From: Nemertoderma westbladi
Lineage: Eukaryota; Animalia; Xenacoelomorpha
Assembly (NCBI GenBank): GCA_032718475.1
Contig: JAUCBJ010002204.1
Span: 1-50,518 of the forward strand
Direction: 5' to 3'
Length of the DNA: 50,518 nt
How positions within the stretch are numbered: the first letter of the stretch is position 1; the number at the start of each line of letters is the position of its first letter. The notes beneath the pieces were generated by a model. The model worked only from the letters and a program-made list of their open reading frames with translations, searched no databases and was not told the DNA's origin. The position numbers and the translations under genes were made by a program. This document shows, piece after piece, positions 20,805 through 33,030 of this stretch.

Positions 20805-21976
20805 TGTTCGCGCTTTTGAAGACCTTTAGCAGTTTAACCTGCCAAAATTTATATGTCTTTTAGTTAATTAACAGACCTTTAGCATACGACAATATTTTAT
20901 GCTAATAAACAAAACATTAGCCGAAGCCAGCCCATGCGCGACCATTCACCCGTTGGATATACCCGGGAGGCTGAATTCGGATGCTTAGATTTTATTATTG
21001 CAGTGTAAGATTGCAGTGTAAGCCTACTGTATTATTCGATTGATCGCTAATATATAATTTCTGACAGATATTATTCACTTTCGGGAAATATTAACAGTTC
21101 CTTTAGGACGTGGCGCTCTATCTATTTAAACAGATCTAGGACTTATACTAAACGCAACGATAAGGCTTATGATTAAAGTATAAGGCGCATTCTTTAGGAA
21201 ATGCTTTGTTACCAGTCACAATCATGCACACTATTCTGCCGACCGTCAGTAAATTTGATCACACATAAAGAGAACAGCAATTGACTCATGTAGTGTCTAC
21301 TAAATAACATTAGATTCAATATACACCACATTGATATAAATCGCAATTGTTATATGTAGCCTGTCTCTCTAACCTGTAGTGTATCAAGAAAATTGGGAAA
21401 TTTGGGTGATTTATCAATATTCTCCAAAGGACAATATTTCATCAACAAAATCGATACAATTAATAACTGACTGTAAATAGCAGTACAAACAATATGATTA
21501 GTAAGTTAAGTCCGCCGTAAGTTAAGACAAGGTAACAGTTATACTTTCTATAATCTAAGCAGTCTGAAACATGAGTTCTTCCAAAAGCCGATGTTCTGGC
21601 AAAAAATGGGAACACAACAACAGAATCATGTGACATGACTCCATGCAAGGATACCAGCTACCCTTATTCCACAAAGCTCCCACCCAACACAGAGAATGAG
21701 CATAAAGATAGGAAAATTCAGTTCAGTAGACTTGTGATAGGTCGAAATCAAAACTAACTCAAATCCTATTGGCAGATACAGAGGCAGGGCTATGAGGCAA
21801 CCTTCCTAAGCTGGTTGGCCGATCAAACGGAGCCCAGATCCCTTCGTACAGCAAATCAGCCAATCAGCCGGTAGCTTGCACGATTCGAGCTAGCAATCCC
21901 CTTTAGAGTATTCCAGCGCTTGGGGGGAACTTGTTAGCAAGGCAAACGAATCAGTTATCCCACAAAAGCTTTTACA
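20805..21976 (-). repeat. 5' LTR (1172 bp)
   Basis: Direct repeat of 3371-4542, upstream of gag on the minus strand. CCAAT-like boxes lie in the presumed U3 part (about 21765-21865). Confidence 0.97.
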
Positions 21977-22761
21977 GGCATCTCATTATGATCAAAAGGC
22001 TTTCCGAGCTGCACGATAAATTAATGTGCTGTGTGAAGAGGAAGTGGTACGTGAAACCTTCACGTACTGTGCGAAGGTTTCACGTGCTGCGCAAAGCTTA
22101 ATGTTCTGTGTAAAGGCTTATTGAAAAAATATATGGAAATTGTTATATAATTTTGAAATTTTGTTGAAGGTTGTATCATTATACCATGACTACTTATTAA
22201 GAAATGGCGAAATGGTATGCCATCAAATCTAAACACCAAAATGAAATTTGTTCACGGGCTGCGCGCAGGGTTTTTGGGCACGCGGTCTAAAAATTCAACA
22301 GGTTTTTAAAAGTGGGTTGGGGTTTATTTGAACCAAGATTCATGAACTCCATTGGAAAATCACAAAATGGGTAGGAGATAGATAAACAATGGGAAAAGAA
22401 AAGGAGATATCAGTTACATGAAAATAGCCGGAAAATTTGATATGTATTGTTCTTAAACTTAAAATGCATTTATCTTTGAATTGTATTTTTCACATTTAAA
22501 ATACTACTACTCAGCCATTTCTTAACCAATTGTCGAAATTTTTTTTTGTTTCATTTGTTTTCGGCTTTAATCATTTCTTGAAATTTGTTAATACCGGTAT
22601 ACTGTATAATAAATAATAAATAATATTAGTTAATAATATTAAAAAAAAATAAAGATCCAAAAAAATGTAACTGATAAGTTTTGTGGAGCCAATGATGCTG
22701 ATTCAGAAAAACCAAATATCGAAAATTTTCTCCCAAAATTGGGAGAAAAAAATTGTAGTGT

Positions 22762-23817
22762 CATAACATACAAACACATAATGAAATATCTTTCATGAAA
22801 TGGCTATTTAATTTATTTCAAAATAAAATAAACATTATGCATGTGGTGCTCTGCCACATTATGTTTTGCGGCCGAAAAAATGCAAGTCAGAACAATACTT
22901 TTGGTACCGAGTACCACATTGCTAATATACTACTAAAGCGAATCAATTTCACGAACCATTTAGGGCTTAAATCTCGTCGGATCGATATATTTTGGAGATA
23001 CTTCATTAATTTTAAACATTACTCAATTGATAATTGTTGTACCTGGACAATGTGTTGCAGCTATGTCTTAATGATCTGTTGAAACAATAACTCTCATCTC
23101 TATGATAGATGATTTATACCCTTAGATAACGATGTACAGTATAATGCTTTTATTAATACATATTTTATTTCACTTCACATCCACTCTGGTCCTTTTAATA
23201 CGCATTTCCTCTAAATTTAAATTTAATACGCATATATTTCATCTAAATTTAAATTTAAATATATTTTATCTCATTCCATATGACATCCAGTCTGTCTCAT
23301 AATTATTAGCAATGCCCCTTTAATGGAATATTTATCTTTTGTACTTTATTTATTGACTCACATTTTAAAATACGTATATTTTTAACTATTACTTTACCTT
23401 TATTACTTTACCTATTACCTTTACTGTTACTTACTTTTAACTATCTAACTGAACTGTATTAACTAATGTTAATTTGTCAGCATATGTTATCTTTGTTCTA
23501 AGTTACAGTATGGTGTAAATTTATATTAATAAATAATAATAATAATATTACATTAGTTATTATTTATAAATATAATGTAGAACTTCGATCTTGACGACTT
23601 TCAAAGAAGTGTCGGAGCTGTTCCTACTGACAACTCCTCTTGTAACGAATGTAACAACTATACAAATCAAATATATTGAAAAACTTATTATTAATAGCTT
23701 ATTTAAGGGAGTAAAGTGAATATATGGGCCAAAACGTCCGACAAGCAAATCTTGTATTTCATTTATTGGGCCGAAACGTCCTAGGCCAAAACGTCTTAGA
23801 CCGAAACGTCTGTTACC
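22762..23817. mobile_element. Right-hand part of the same Mutator-like TIR element
   Basis: Matches 35967-36918 and retains the right repeat array and TIR. Confidence 0.7.
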
Positions 23818-24252
23818 CGGAATCCTCCACAGGGAGACAGACTTGCCCATTCTTGTTCATAATTGTGGTTGACTATTTTCTACCCATGTCCTTAGACCAT
23901 CTTAATAAAGATGGGGTGATGGTAACAGCACCTACTGGCACAAGAAGTAGAGGAAATCCAGCAAAGTACCTTACTGATCTAGACTTTGCTGAGACTTAGG
24001 GGTAATGTCAGAATCACTAGAGGGAGCCCAAAGGCTCCTCTACTCATTGGATCAGGTTGTTTCTAGTGTTGTTTGTAAACTCCAAGAAAACCAAAATCAT
24101 GAGGGTGAACCTAGACAGCCCTCAACAAATTTCGGATCGTAAGGGCATAAGCTCTAGCTACGGCTTGCTTGAGTACGTGGATAACTTCTGCTACTTGGGA
24201 TCATTGATCCGAAAGTCAGGTGAAGACATTCGGATGCGTAAGGGGAAAGCAT

Positions 24253-25457
24253 ATCTGGACATATCTGACAAGACTATCTGGAATGGCCAACAGTATCGGC
24301 AAACAGATAAACGATGAGATTGATCGTCATTTAATGCAATCACCAAGAGTTGAGGATCAACAAGGAGAATCAGCCAGCCACAATGAAGATCGAACAAACA
24401 ATCTTCTATCCCCCAAGGAACGGAAATTTCTTGTCAATTCAATTAAGACCCTAATCGACTACGAAATTAACCAAATGCTTGATAAACTCCAACTATTATC
24501 ACAAAATCTAAAGGAAGCTAAGGTTTTGTTGAAAGATATTCAACTTGAACAAGATAGGATTGAACAGTTCTCACGCACTATAATTGTTTACTCCTGCACG
24601 GAATCCCTAATGAACGAAAATCTGAGTAAAACGAAGACGACACTGTTCATGATGTCCTCAAATTCATCAATGACGACATGGAGGTTCCGATTTCTAAGGA
24701 AGATATTGATCGCTGCCACCGGTTAGCTGTTGATACATGCCAAGATTCGAATCCAGCTATATTTATAAAATTTGTGCGATACCAGTGTCGGTCTACCCAT
24801 GGAATACTAAATATAGATCTATATTTAGATCTAGATCTAGATATTTAGATCTTTATTCCATGGTCTACGGTATTGCGCTCTGCATTTAAGCTGCATTCTA
24901 CTGGGAAGTTCATAACCGAGTCGCTCACCAAACGCCGCTACGACGCGCTGAAGAAAATAAGAGATAAAGGGGTTGGTTGGTCGAGGGCTGGCCGTCTATT
25001 TGCTATCGGTCTTTCTCGATACGCAACACCAATCGATGATATCAACGATCTGAGGCTAGTCAAAGACATCAGTACAGAGGAGACGATGATGTGATGTGGC
25101 GAGAATATATTTCTCGGATTCAAATAAATACAAAAGTTAATTTTTGAAATATTTATCTCTTAGGTTAGAATTATACAAATGCTAGTTAAATATTATACTA
25201 CAGTAGGATAGGAAAGATTGGACTATATTAAGCTTCTACTTCCGCTTAAAACTGCATCCTATATAGTTAGCTACGCCATACTATATCGCAGAAGACCTAC
25301 GTAGTGATATAAATATATCTGTGAGGGTCAGATGAAGGGGATAGACTGACAATTGTGTGAGGATTGGGTTCATGGGGTATTTATAGGTCGCGGCGGCTAG
25401 ATCATTAGGATTTAGTCTAATAGCTTACGTATAAAATAAACTTATTTAGGTAGTAAG
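24253..25457 (+). pseudogene. Duplicated 5' part (ORF1) of the CR1/L2-group LINE
   Basis: Near-identical to 37352-38519. Confidence 0.85.
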
Positions 25458-25543
25458 TATACATGAAAGGGTTCATGCAGCACATGTGTACCAAGTTTGG
25501 TTATGATCTAAATTCCCTATAAACTTATAAAATAAAGAGTTTG

Positions 25544-25572
25544 TTACGATCGATTTCGATTTTCTCAAGTAA
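25544..25572 (-). pseudogene. Stem II-deleted copy of the hammerhead at 3233-3272
   Basis: Minus strand reads TTACTTGAGAAAATCGAAATCGATCGTAA; the GGGC..GCTC hairpin is missing. Confidence 0.6.
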
Positions 25573-25763
25573 ATAATTAACAATATGAAATCACATTACA
25601 GACTAAATAATCAAATGGAGTAGGCCTACATGGAATAGCTGAATACGTAAGAAAATTACAGAAATACACTAAATAACCGTGTTTACCTATCATTAACCCG
25701 GTACTGTATTTTGACTCTATTGTTACACCAGTCCTGCGGCACCACAAGCCCGCACTAAGTGAG

Positions 25764-26273
25764 ATGTCAATTGATTGCATCGTAGCAAATAAGTCTACCC
25801 CGAACCTGGGGAACCTCTTGGTCCGTAAGAGGGAAGTTCCATCGTGGAGAGGTAATGTAAGCTGTGAGTCAACTAGGTGTCTCACATGTTCAATTTTGTG
25901 TGATGTGAGAACTACCCCGTGGGGTGAGGTGATTAGAGGATCCTTCTCGTGTCTATCTGCTAACATCCTGTATTTCATCACTTGTAGCAACCATCAGAAC
26001 CTTTTCTATATTGGCCAGACAGAGCAGCCCTTACACCTTAGGATGAATGGCCATAGATCGATGATCAGGAATTTCAGACGGGAACTCAACCCCGAGTCCC
26101 AGCGTAACGTAGAGATCCTTTTGGCAGAGCACTTCCTGCAGTGCGGGTTGGGTGACCTGCGTGTAACAGCTTTTCGTCAATACCACTCAGACGTTGATAG
26201 AATACATGGGGAGGCGGTCTACATTCGTAAATTTCGCCCACCCCTGAACAAACTCATACCTGGCGTCGCGTAG
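25764..26273 (+). CDS. Second, protein-identical copy of the Penelope-like GIY-YIG ORF
   Basis: Translation identical to 2532-3041; lies in the inverted duplication arm. Confidence 0.85.
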   Translation: MSIDCIVANKSTPNLGNLLVRKREVPSWRGNVSCESTRCLTCSILCDVRTTPWGEVIRGSFSCLSANILYFITCSNHQNLFYIGQTEQPLHLRMNGHRSMIRNFRRELNPESQRNVEILLAEHFLQCGLGDLRVTAFRQYHSDVDRIHGEAVYIRKFRPPLNKLIPGVA

Positions 26274-29200
26274 GATTATATTTCTTATTGAGAGCAATTC
26301 AGTATGGCGGGCCACTTGTTTATTTATTGATTTATTTCTTGCCATGCCCAATCGGATCTACTGTAGTTTTGAGACGTTGTTTTCACTTTTCAATTTTTTA
26401 TTTTTCAACTTTGAAATATTTTGTGCCCTTTAGTTATTATTCTTTACCATGATCTATCTGTGTAACTATATTATATTGTTAAGAGTTACAACCATCCCTT
26501 GTGCGCACTCTATCTGATCTACTGTACTCTTGTGTTTACTTTGGAGATGGTTAAGTTATTAATAAAATTTTTTTAATTTTTTAATTTTTCATTGTCAACT
26601 AATAAAATGTGGCGTGCCGGTAATTTAATTTATTTTATGTTTAAAATAACCTATCGTAACTACTGTAGTTTAAGATTTTGCACAAGTTTAAATTAATTTA
26701 TTCCAATACGCCGTGCCTTTATTTACTTTTAACCATGCCCTATTTGTTCTACTTATTTTATATGCCATGTCCTTTTATTTAGTTCTACTATGGTATATCG
26801 TGCTCTATATTAACTTTTCCCGCCTCGTCATTTTAACTACTGTACTGTATATCTTTAGGTTTACCTGAATATTTTATCTGTCAACTGTTAGTACGAATTG
26901 TACTGCTGTACTGACCCTGCCTGACAGCCTACCGTACCATGGCCTACACCGTACACCATGTAGCCCAGGCTGTCAGACTACAGAACCAGCATTACAAACC
27001 GGTAACAACGGTATCTGTGGTGGTACGTACTAAAAGGTAGAACGATCTATAACGGGCTATAATGATCTATAACGGGCTATAATTTTCTATAAACAAGCTA
27101 TAACCACCTATAACGAGCTATAATATGAAAATTTACAATAAAAAAAACATATTTTAGCATGGATTTATTTTCCTAGTCGGTAAATTAATTAAGCAATTTG
27201 GTTTTTTTAGTCCATACTGCTTTTCATCTTTTTGGTATCATGAAATCAGTCATTACTTCATTAGTCAGCATATATATTCATTAGTCAGGTACCCCCCCCC
27301 CCCCCCTCCCCCCAGTGCTGTAGTATTCTTTGGGATAGTAGTACTGTAATTCATAGTCTAGTCCCCGTCCCATGGCTGCATGGTTTATTCGCGCATCAAC
27401 GTAAGGCTGATAACTGGTTTGCTTGTCGTTCTCCTCCGATCCTGGTTTCTCCCAACTCCAAACTCGTCACCACACTATAAGAACATCTCGAATATAACCA
27501 ACAAATATTGAAATTTTACCGGTGGAGATGTGACGACGGCGTGGTTCCGGCTCCGAGATGCCGGGAAAATCTGCAATAAGATATGATATATATTCTGTTA
27601 TTGTTACTGTGAGAGTATTAGCCTGACACGGAACGACGGAAGCGGTAAGCAGTAGGCCTAAGTAGTAGTGTAGTACGTCGATATGCTGATATAGGCATTG
27701 TGTTGTAGTCGATATAGAATAAGCGAGCAATATAGGCCAATAAAAAAACGAACCAGTACTAACTGCAGTAGGCCTATCAATTAGGCATAGGCCTACCCTA
27801 ATTTTTAACCTGCGGTATTTTTCACACCGCAGTGCTAATCCAAAAGTTAAACACACCCTATGGGCGTTTTTTTAATGTAAATTTTCATATTATAGATCGT
27901 TATAGGTGGTTATAGCTTGTTTATCGGAATTTATAGCCCGTCATAGATCGTTATAGCCCGTTATAGACAGTCATGGGCCGAAACGTCCGGGCCGAATCGT
28001 CCGGGCCGAAATCTCCGGGGCGAAATGTCCTGGACCGAAACGTCCTAGGCCGAAACGTCTGTATACCAGGATTCCCTATAACACTTCGAATGGATCTGAG
28101 TCACCATCAGCAGTAAACACAAATGAGGTGGAACCATTTTACAGTGAACTGATAGCTGCAGTAATTTCCTCAGGAATACCATATGCTGCCAGTATGCTGA
28201 ACATACGTGGTCGGGAGAGTGAGTTGAAGGCTAAGGTGGGGGGGGGGGGGGGGGGGTGTGACGGTATACCCCCTTATGGAGCTTTTTCCAGATGGCTATA
28301 ATTTGTGTTCGCGGGTAGTTTTGTATATTTTATACCTTTAGGGTGATCAACATATAGCCAAAGATTGGGTTCAAATAAAAAATGTTTAAATTTGCCTCGC
28401 CCTCTAGCGGCCACCAGCGAAATTATTAATTTCACTAAAAACACTACAATTTTTTTCTCCCAATTTTGGGAGAAAATTTGCAAAATTTGGTTTTTCTGAA
28501 TCAGCATCATCGGCTCCAGAAAACTTACCAGTTACATTTTTTTGGATCTTTATTTTTTTTTTAATATTATTAACTAATATTAATTATTATTTATTATACA
28601 GCATATTAACAAATTTCAAGAAATGAATATGGCACAATTCAAAATTATAATTTTTGATTAAAAGCCGAAAACAAATGAAACAAAAAAAAATTTCGACAAT
28701 TGGTTAAGAAATGGCTGAGTAGTAGTATTTTAAATGTGAAAAATACAATTCAAAGATAAATGCATTTTAAGTTTAAGAACAATACATATCAAATTTTCCG
28801 GCTATTTTCATGTAACTGATATCTCCTTTTCTTTTCCCATTGGTTATCTATCTCCTACCCATTTTGGGATTTCCCAATGGAGTTCATGAATCTTGGTTCA
28901 AATAAACCCCAACCCACTTTTAAAAACCTGTTGAATTTTTAGACCGCGTGCCCAAAAACCCTGCGCGCAGCCCCTGAACAAATTTCATTTTGGTGTTTAG
29001 ATTTGATGGCATACCATTTCGCCATTTCTTAATAAGTAGTCATGGTATAATGACAGAACCTTCAACAAAATTTCAAAATTATATATATAACCATATATTT
29101 TACAAAACCATATATTTTTTGAATAAGCCTTTACACAGAACATTAAGCTTTGCGCAGCACGTGAAACCTTCGCACAGTACGTGAAGGTTTCACGTACCAC

Positions 29201-30978
29201 TTCCTCTTCACACAGCACATTAATTTATCGTGCAGCTCGGAAAGCCTTTTGATCATAATGAGATGCCCCTACACAAAACATGAAAGGGTTCATGCAGCAC
29301 ATGTGTACCAAGTTTGGTTATATTTCATCAAGGATTGATCGAGTTGTTAACGTATAAAAACACGGATCTACAGAACGACAGATCTACAGACACACCGATT
29401 GAGTTATTTGTACCCGTACCGTATGCTAAGTTCGCTTACATTCGTGGCTTGCCCCACAGGTTGATTAATGGTACCACTATGCTAAGGCTCACTCACTTCG
29501 TGGCTCGCCCCACAGACACACCGATTGAGTTAGTGGTACCTGTATGCTAAGCTCGCTTACTTTCGTCGCTCGCCCCACACGGATCTACAGGACGACAGCT
29601 CTACAGACACACCGATTGAGTTATATGTACCCGTACCGTATGCTAAGCTCGCTTACATTCGTTTTTCTAACCAAAACAATAAATGTTGTTTTTACCTACC
29701 AATTTTACCTACGTTCCCACATTCCCATCTTCCCACATTCCCGTATTCCTCATTCTCATTCCCTGTATATTTCTGTGCTGAGATCTCTGGTGCCTGTTAG
29801 ATTACTAAAATAGATCCTACATTTAATAATCCTCGTAATATTTTTCTATAATATGTATTAATGGTATTCAATGGTATTTAAATCAGTTTGGCCGAGGTTA
29901 CCAATCATGAACTTTACTTTGTGTAAGATTGATGGTAGTGCTGTTGCTTTCCATGCCACTGCTACTATATCTACGTTATACCATCAAGTGGTCCAGCCGC
30001 TTTTTAGAAATGCTTGAGATGTTGCTCCTAATATTTGTATAATTATTGAGTGGGTTTTCTTATGTACATTTGTCAGATTGAAAGGAACGTTATTGATGGA
30101 GATGAAGGTATCAGTTTACCATTAATATTTAGGAACATAGGTTCTTAAGATTTAGTAAACATTCCCTCAATTGGTAACAATATCGTTTATTGTTTTGGTT
30201 AGAAAAGTCCCCCACTGCAACCTGTTCCTTTCCCTCCTTAGGTAATAAAATCGTTTATTGTTTTGGTTAGAAAACTCGCCTTCCTTTTATACATCCTCCC
30301 CCCAGTCAAAATATGCGGGGGTGGGGGGACATTTTTGCCTGTCACAAAAGAATTGTAGACCCTGGTTTGGCTTATGGGTTGGGCGCGGATCTCCCGTAAT
30401 AAATAAAATCCAACAACGAAATTGTCAAAAACGTAATTCTCATCCGCGGGTCGACGACAAGGTAATTTATTCGTCATAAATTCACCGAAAATACTTCCAA
30501 TAGATGGATATTACGTTGTTAAAACGATGGTCGTTGGGGACCATCGTAACTAAAATACATAGATAATTGGCGCCAACTAATCTAGCGAGGTATTGTTAAA
30601 CAACCTCTGTTACGATTTTCTACAGTGACAAGGCCGCAAAATTTTCATTGTAAAGTTCCAGTATTCCCCGAATCAAACTCGCAGAGTTACCCATCGATGT
30701 TGGACGGGATAGAGGCCCATGTTGTTAGTAGCTACCGGTGCTTCTGTTACATCTATTGTATTTGGATCTAATTTAGGTACCCAATTATATTCCTACGTTC
30801 ATTTCTAAGGCGCTCCACTCCCCTAAGCACTGTAGCTGCTGCATTCGGTATTACAGTCAGCCAAACCCAGAAAGTATTAAAGGCCTCAACTGCTGAGGTT
30901 TGTGTCATTAAATTGAATTATATTGGTAATATTTAGACTGTCACATTTATACTTCAGTTAGTCCGAATTCTATTAAAT

Positions 30979-32190
30979 ATGTCTTCGAATACTTTCAGTG
31001 ATGCTGCTTGGGACTTATTGGATCGTATCATGGCAGATGAAAGTGATTCTCAGTCCGGTGATGAGGAACAAGAGAAATGCGTCACGCCACCAACTGTTAA
31101 TAACGAAATCGGCAACACAAACAGCGGTATAAACGTTATCAGTTTTAAATCAGAATCGGAATCTATTTGCGGTACTTCTGAAGATAAATCTCAAAAGATC
31201 AAACAAGAGTTCTGTACAGATGAACAATATTCTAATAATCAAATCGACCACACCAACAGCGGTATAAACGTTATCAGTTTTAAATCAGAAGCGGGAGCTA
31301 TTTGCGGTACTTCTGAAGATAAATCTCGAGTTGTAAGACAAGATTTCTGTATTGGGAAACCATCTCCTTGTGAAGTTATTGATAAGTCCGTTCTCAAGTG
31401 TAAGCGAATTAATCGCAAAGTAAATTTAAAGAATCGTAAACAATCATTGCATAAAGGTATCAAGTGTGAATGCGGTTATTGTCACAAACAATTTAGTGAC
31501 AAACAGAGTCTGAAGAAACACATGGAATCAGTACATAAAGGCATCAAGTATAATTGTGGTTCTTGTGACAAACAATTCACTTACCAAGGATATCTGAAGA
31601 AACACATGGAATCAGTACATAAAAGTATCAAGTCTAAATGCGTTTATTGTGACAAACAATTCACGTACAATGGAAATCTAAAGAGACACATAGAATCAGT
31701 ACATAAAGGTATCAAGTATAATTGCGGTTCTTGTGACAAACAATTTAGTTACAAAGGAGTTCTAAAGAAACACATGGAATCAGTACATAAAGGCATCAAG
31801 TATAATTGCGGTTCTTGTGACAAAAAATTTAGTGACAAACAGAGTCTGAAGAAACACATGGAATCAGTACATAAAGGTATCAAGTATAATTGTGGTTCTT
31901 GTGACAAACAATTTAGTGACAAAGGACATCTGAAGAGACACATGGAATCAGTACATAAAGGTATCAAGTATAATTGCGGTTCCTGTGACAAACAATTTAG
32001 TTACAAAGGAGTTCTAAAGAAACACATGGAATGGGAATTTGGGAAAATGGGAAGGTGGATGGGAATGTGGGAAGGTAGATGGGAATGTAGGAAGATGGGA
32101 ATGTGGGAAGGTGGATTGGAATATGGGAAGGTGGATGGGAATGTGGGAAGGTGTGTGGGAATGTTGGAAGATGGGAATGTGGGAAGATAG
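30979..32190 (+). CDS. C2H2 zinc-finger gene copy 1 (6 complete fingers; truncated by satellite fusion at about 32030)
   Basis: 28-aa repeats CxxC-x12-H-x4-H with an HKGIKYN linker. The frame runs into GGGAAT repeats. The N-terminal segment is duplicated (135-bp period). Confidence 0.85.
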   Translation: MSSNTFSDAAWDLLDRIMADESDSQSGDEEQEKCVTPPTVNNEIGNTNSGINVISFKSESESICGTSEDKSQKIKQEFCTDEQYSNNQIDHTNSGINVISFKSEAGAICGTSEDKSRVVRQDFCIGKPSPCEVIDKSVLKCKRINRKVNLKNRKQSLHKGIKCECGYCHKQFSDKQSLKKHMESVHKGIKYNCGSCDKQFTYQGYLKKHMESVHKSIKSKCVYCDKQFTYNGNLKRHIESVHKGIKYNCGSCDKQFSYKGVLKKHMESVHKGIKYNCGSCDKKFSDKQSLKKHMESVHKGIKYNCGSCDKQFSDKGHLKRHMESVHKGIKYNCGSCDKQFSYKGVLKKHMEWEFGKMGRWMGMWEGRWECRKMGMWEGGLEYGKVDGNVGRCVGMLEDGNVGR

Positions 32191-33030
32191 GAATATGGGA
32201 AGATGGAAATATGGGAAGGTGGATGGGAATGTAGGAAGATGGGAATGTGGGAAGGTGGGTGGGAAGGTGGGAACGAATGAGACTACGGGAATGTGGGAAG
32301 ATGGGAATGAGGACTAAGGGAATGTGGAAAGATGAGAATGGGGGAAGATGGGATTGTGAGAATATGGGAATGTGGGAAGTTGGGTGGCAATGAGGAATAC
32401 GGGAATGTGGGAAGATGGGAATGTGGGAAGGTGGATGGAAATGTAGGAAGATGGGAATGTGGAAGGTGAATGGGAATATGGGAAGGTGGATGGGAATGTG
32501 TGAAGGTGGGAATGTAGCAAAATGGGAAGGTAGGAAGATGGGAATGTGGGAAGATGGCAATGTGGGAAGGTGGATGGGAATGTGGGAAGTTGGGGGGGGA
32601 ATGAGGAATACGGGAATGTGAATGTGGGAAGATGGGAATGTGGGAAGGTGGATGGGAATGTGGGAAGGTGGGTGGTAATGTGGGAATGTGGGTGGGAATA
32701 TGGGAAGGTGGGAATGTAGGAAGACGGGAATGTAGGAAGATGGGAATGTGGGAATATATGAATATGGGAAGATGGAAATGTGGGAAGGTGGATGGGAATG
32801 TAGGAAGATGGGAATGTGGGAAGGAGGGTGGGAATGTGGGAAGGTGGGTGGGAATGAGGAATACGGGAATGTGGGAATATGGGATTGTGGAAAGATGGGA
32901 ATGTGGAAAGGTGGGAGTGTGGGAAGTTGGGTGGGAATGAGGAATACGAGATTTTATGAAGATGGGAATGTGGGAAGGTGTTTGGGAATGTAGGAAGATG
33001 GGAATGTAGGAAGATGGGAATGTGGGAACG
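32028..33030 (+). repeat. Purine-rich GGGAATGTGGGAAGAT-type satellite (inverted short arrays at 33133-33250 and 29714-29763)
   Basis: About 1 kb of degenerate 8/16-bp units. Confidence 0.95.

Larger units (their letters stand above)
3371..21976 (-). mobile_element. Full-length Bel/Pao LTR retrotransposon (18,606 bp) with extra 3' ORFs
   Basis: Two 1172-bp direct repeats starting TG and ending CA, both flanked by GGCAT. Minus-strand gag-PR-RT-RH-IN order with Bel/Pao motifs. The uninterrupted site GTAGGGGCATCTCATTATG is present near 34582 and, reversed, near 29255-29273. Confidence 0.97.
21977..25457 (+). repeat. Direct segmental duplication of about 34587-38519, with internal deletions
   Basis: Same order of modules (module A, TIR element, RTE fragment, CR1 ORF1). 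This copy lacks about 35399-35966. Confidence 0.92.
25461..29011 (-). repeat. Right arm of the large inverted duplication (partner 1-3355)
   Basis: Position 1 pairs with 29011 and 3355 with 25461. This arm has about 197 extra bp at 27467-27663. Confidence 0.95.

Noticed and set aside
1-29011. Inverted arms 1-3355/25461-29011 as TIRs of a giant DNA transposon or Polinton
   Set aside because: No transposase, polB or capsid gene lies between them, the interior is an LTR element plus duplicated TE debris, and the left boundary is outside the window.
30898-30957. Possible 60-nt GT..AG intron just upstream of the ZNF ATG
   Set aside because: It is plausible (AG kept in copy 3, lost in copy 2), but no upstream coding exon could be identified and it cannot be supported without transcripts.
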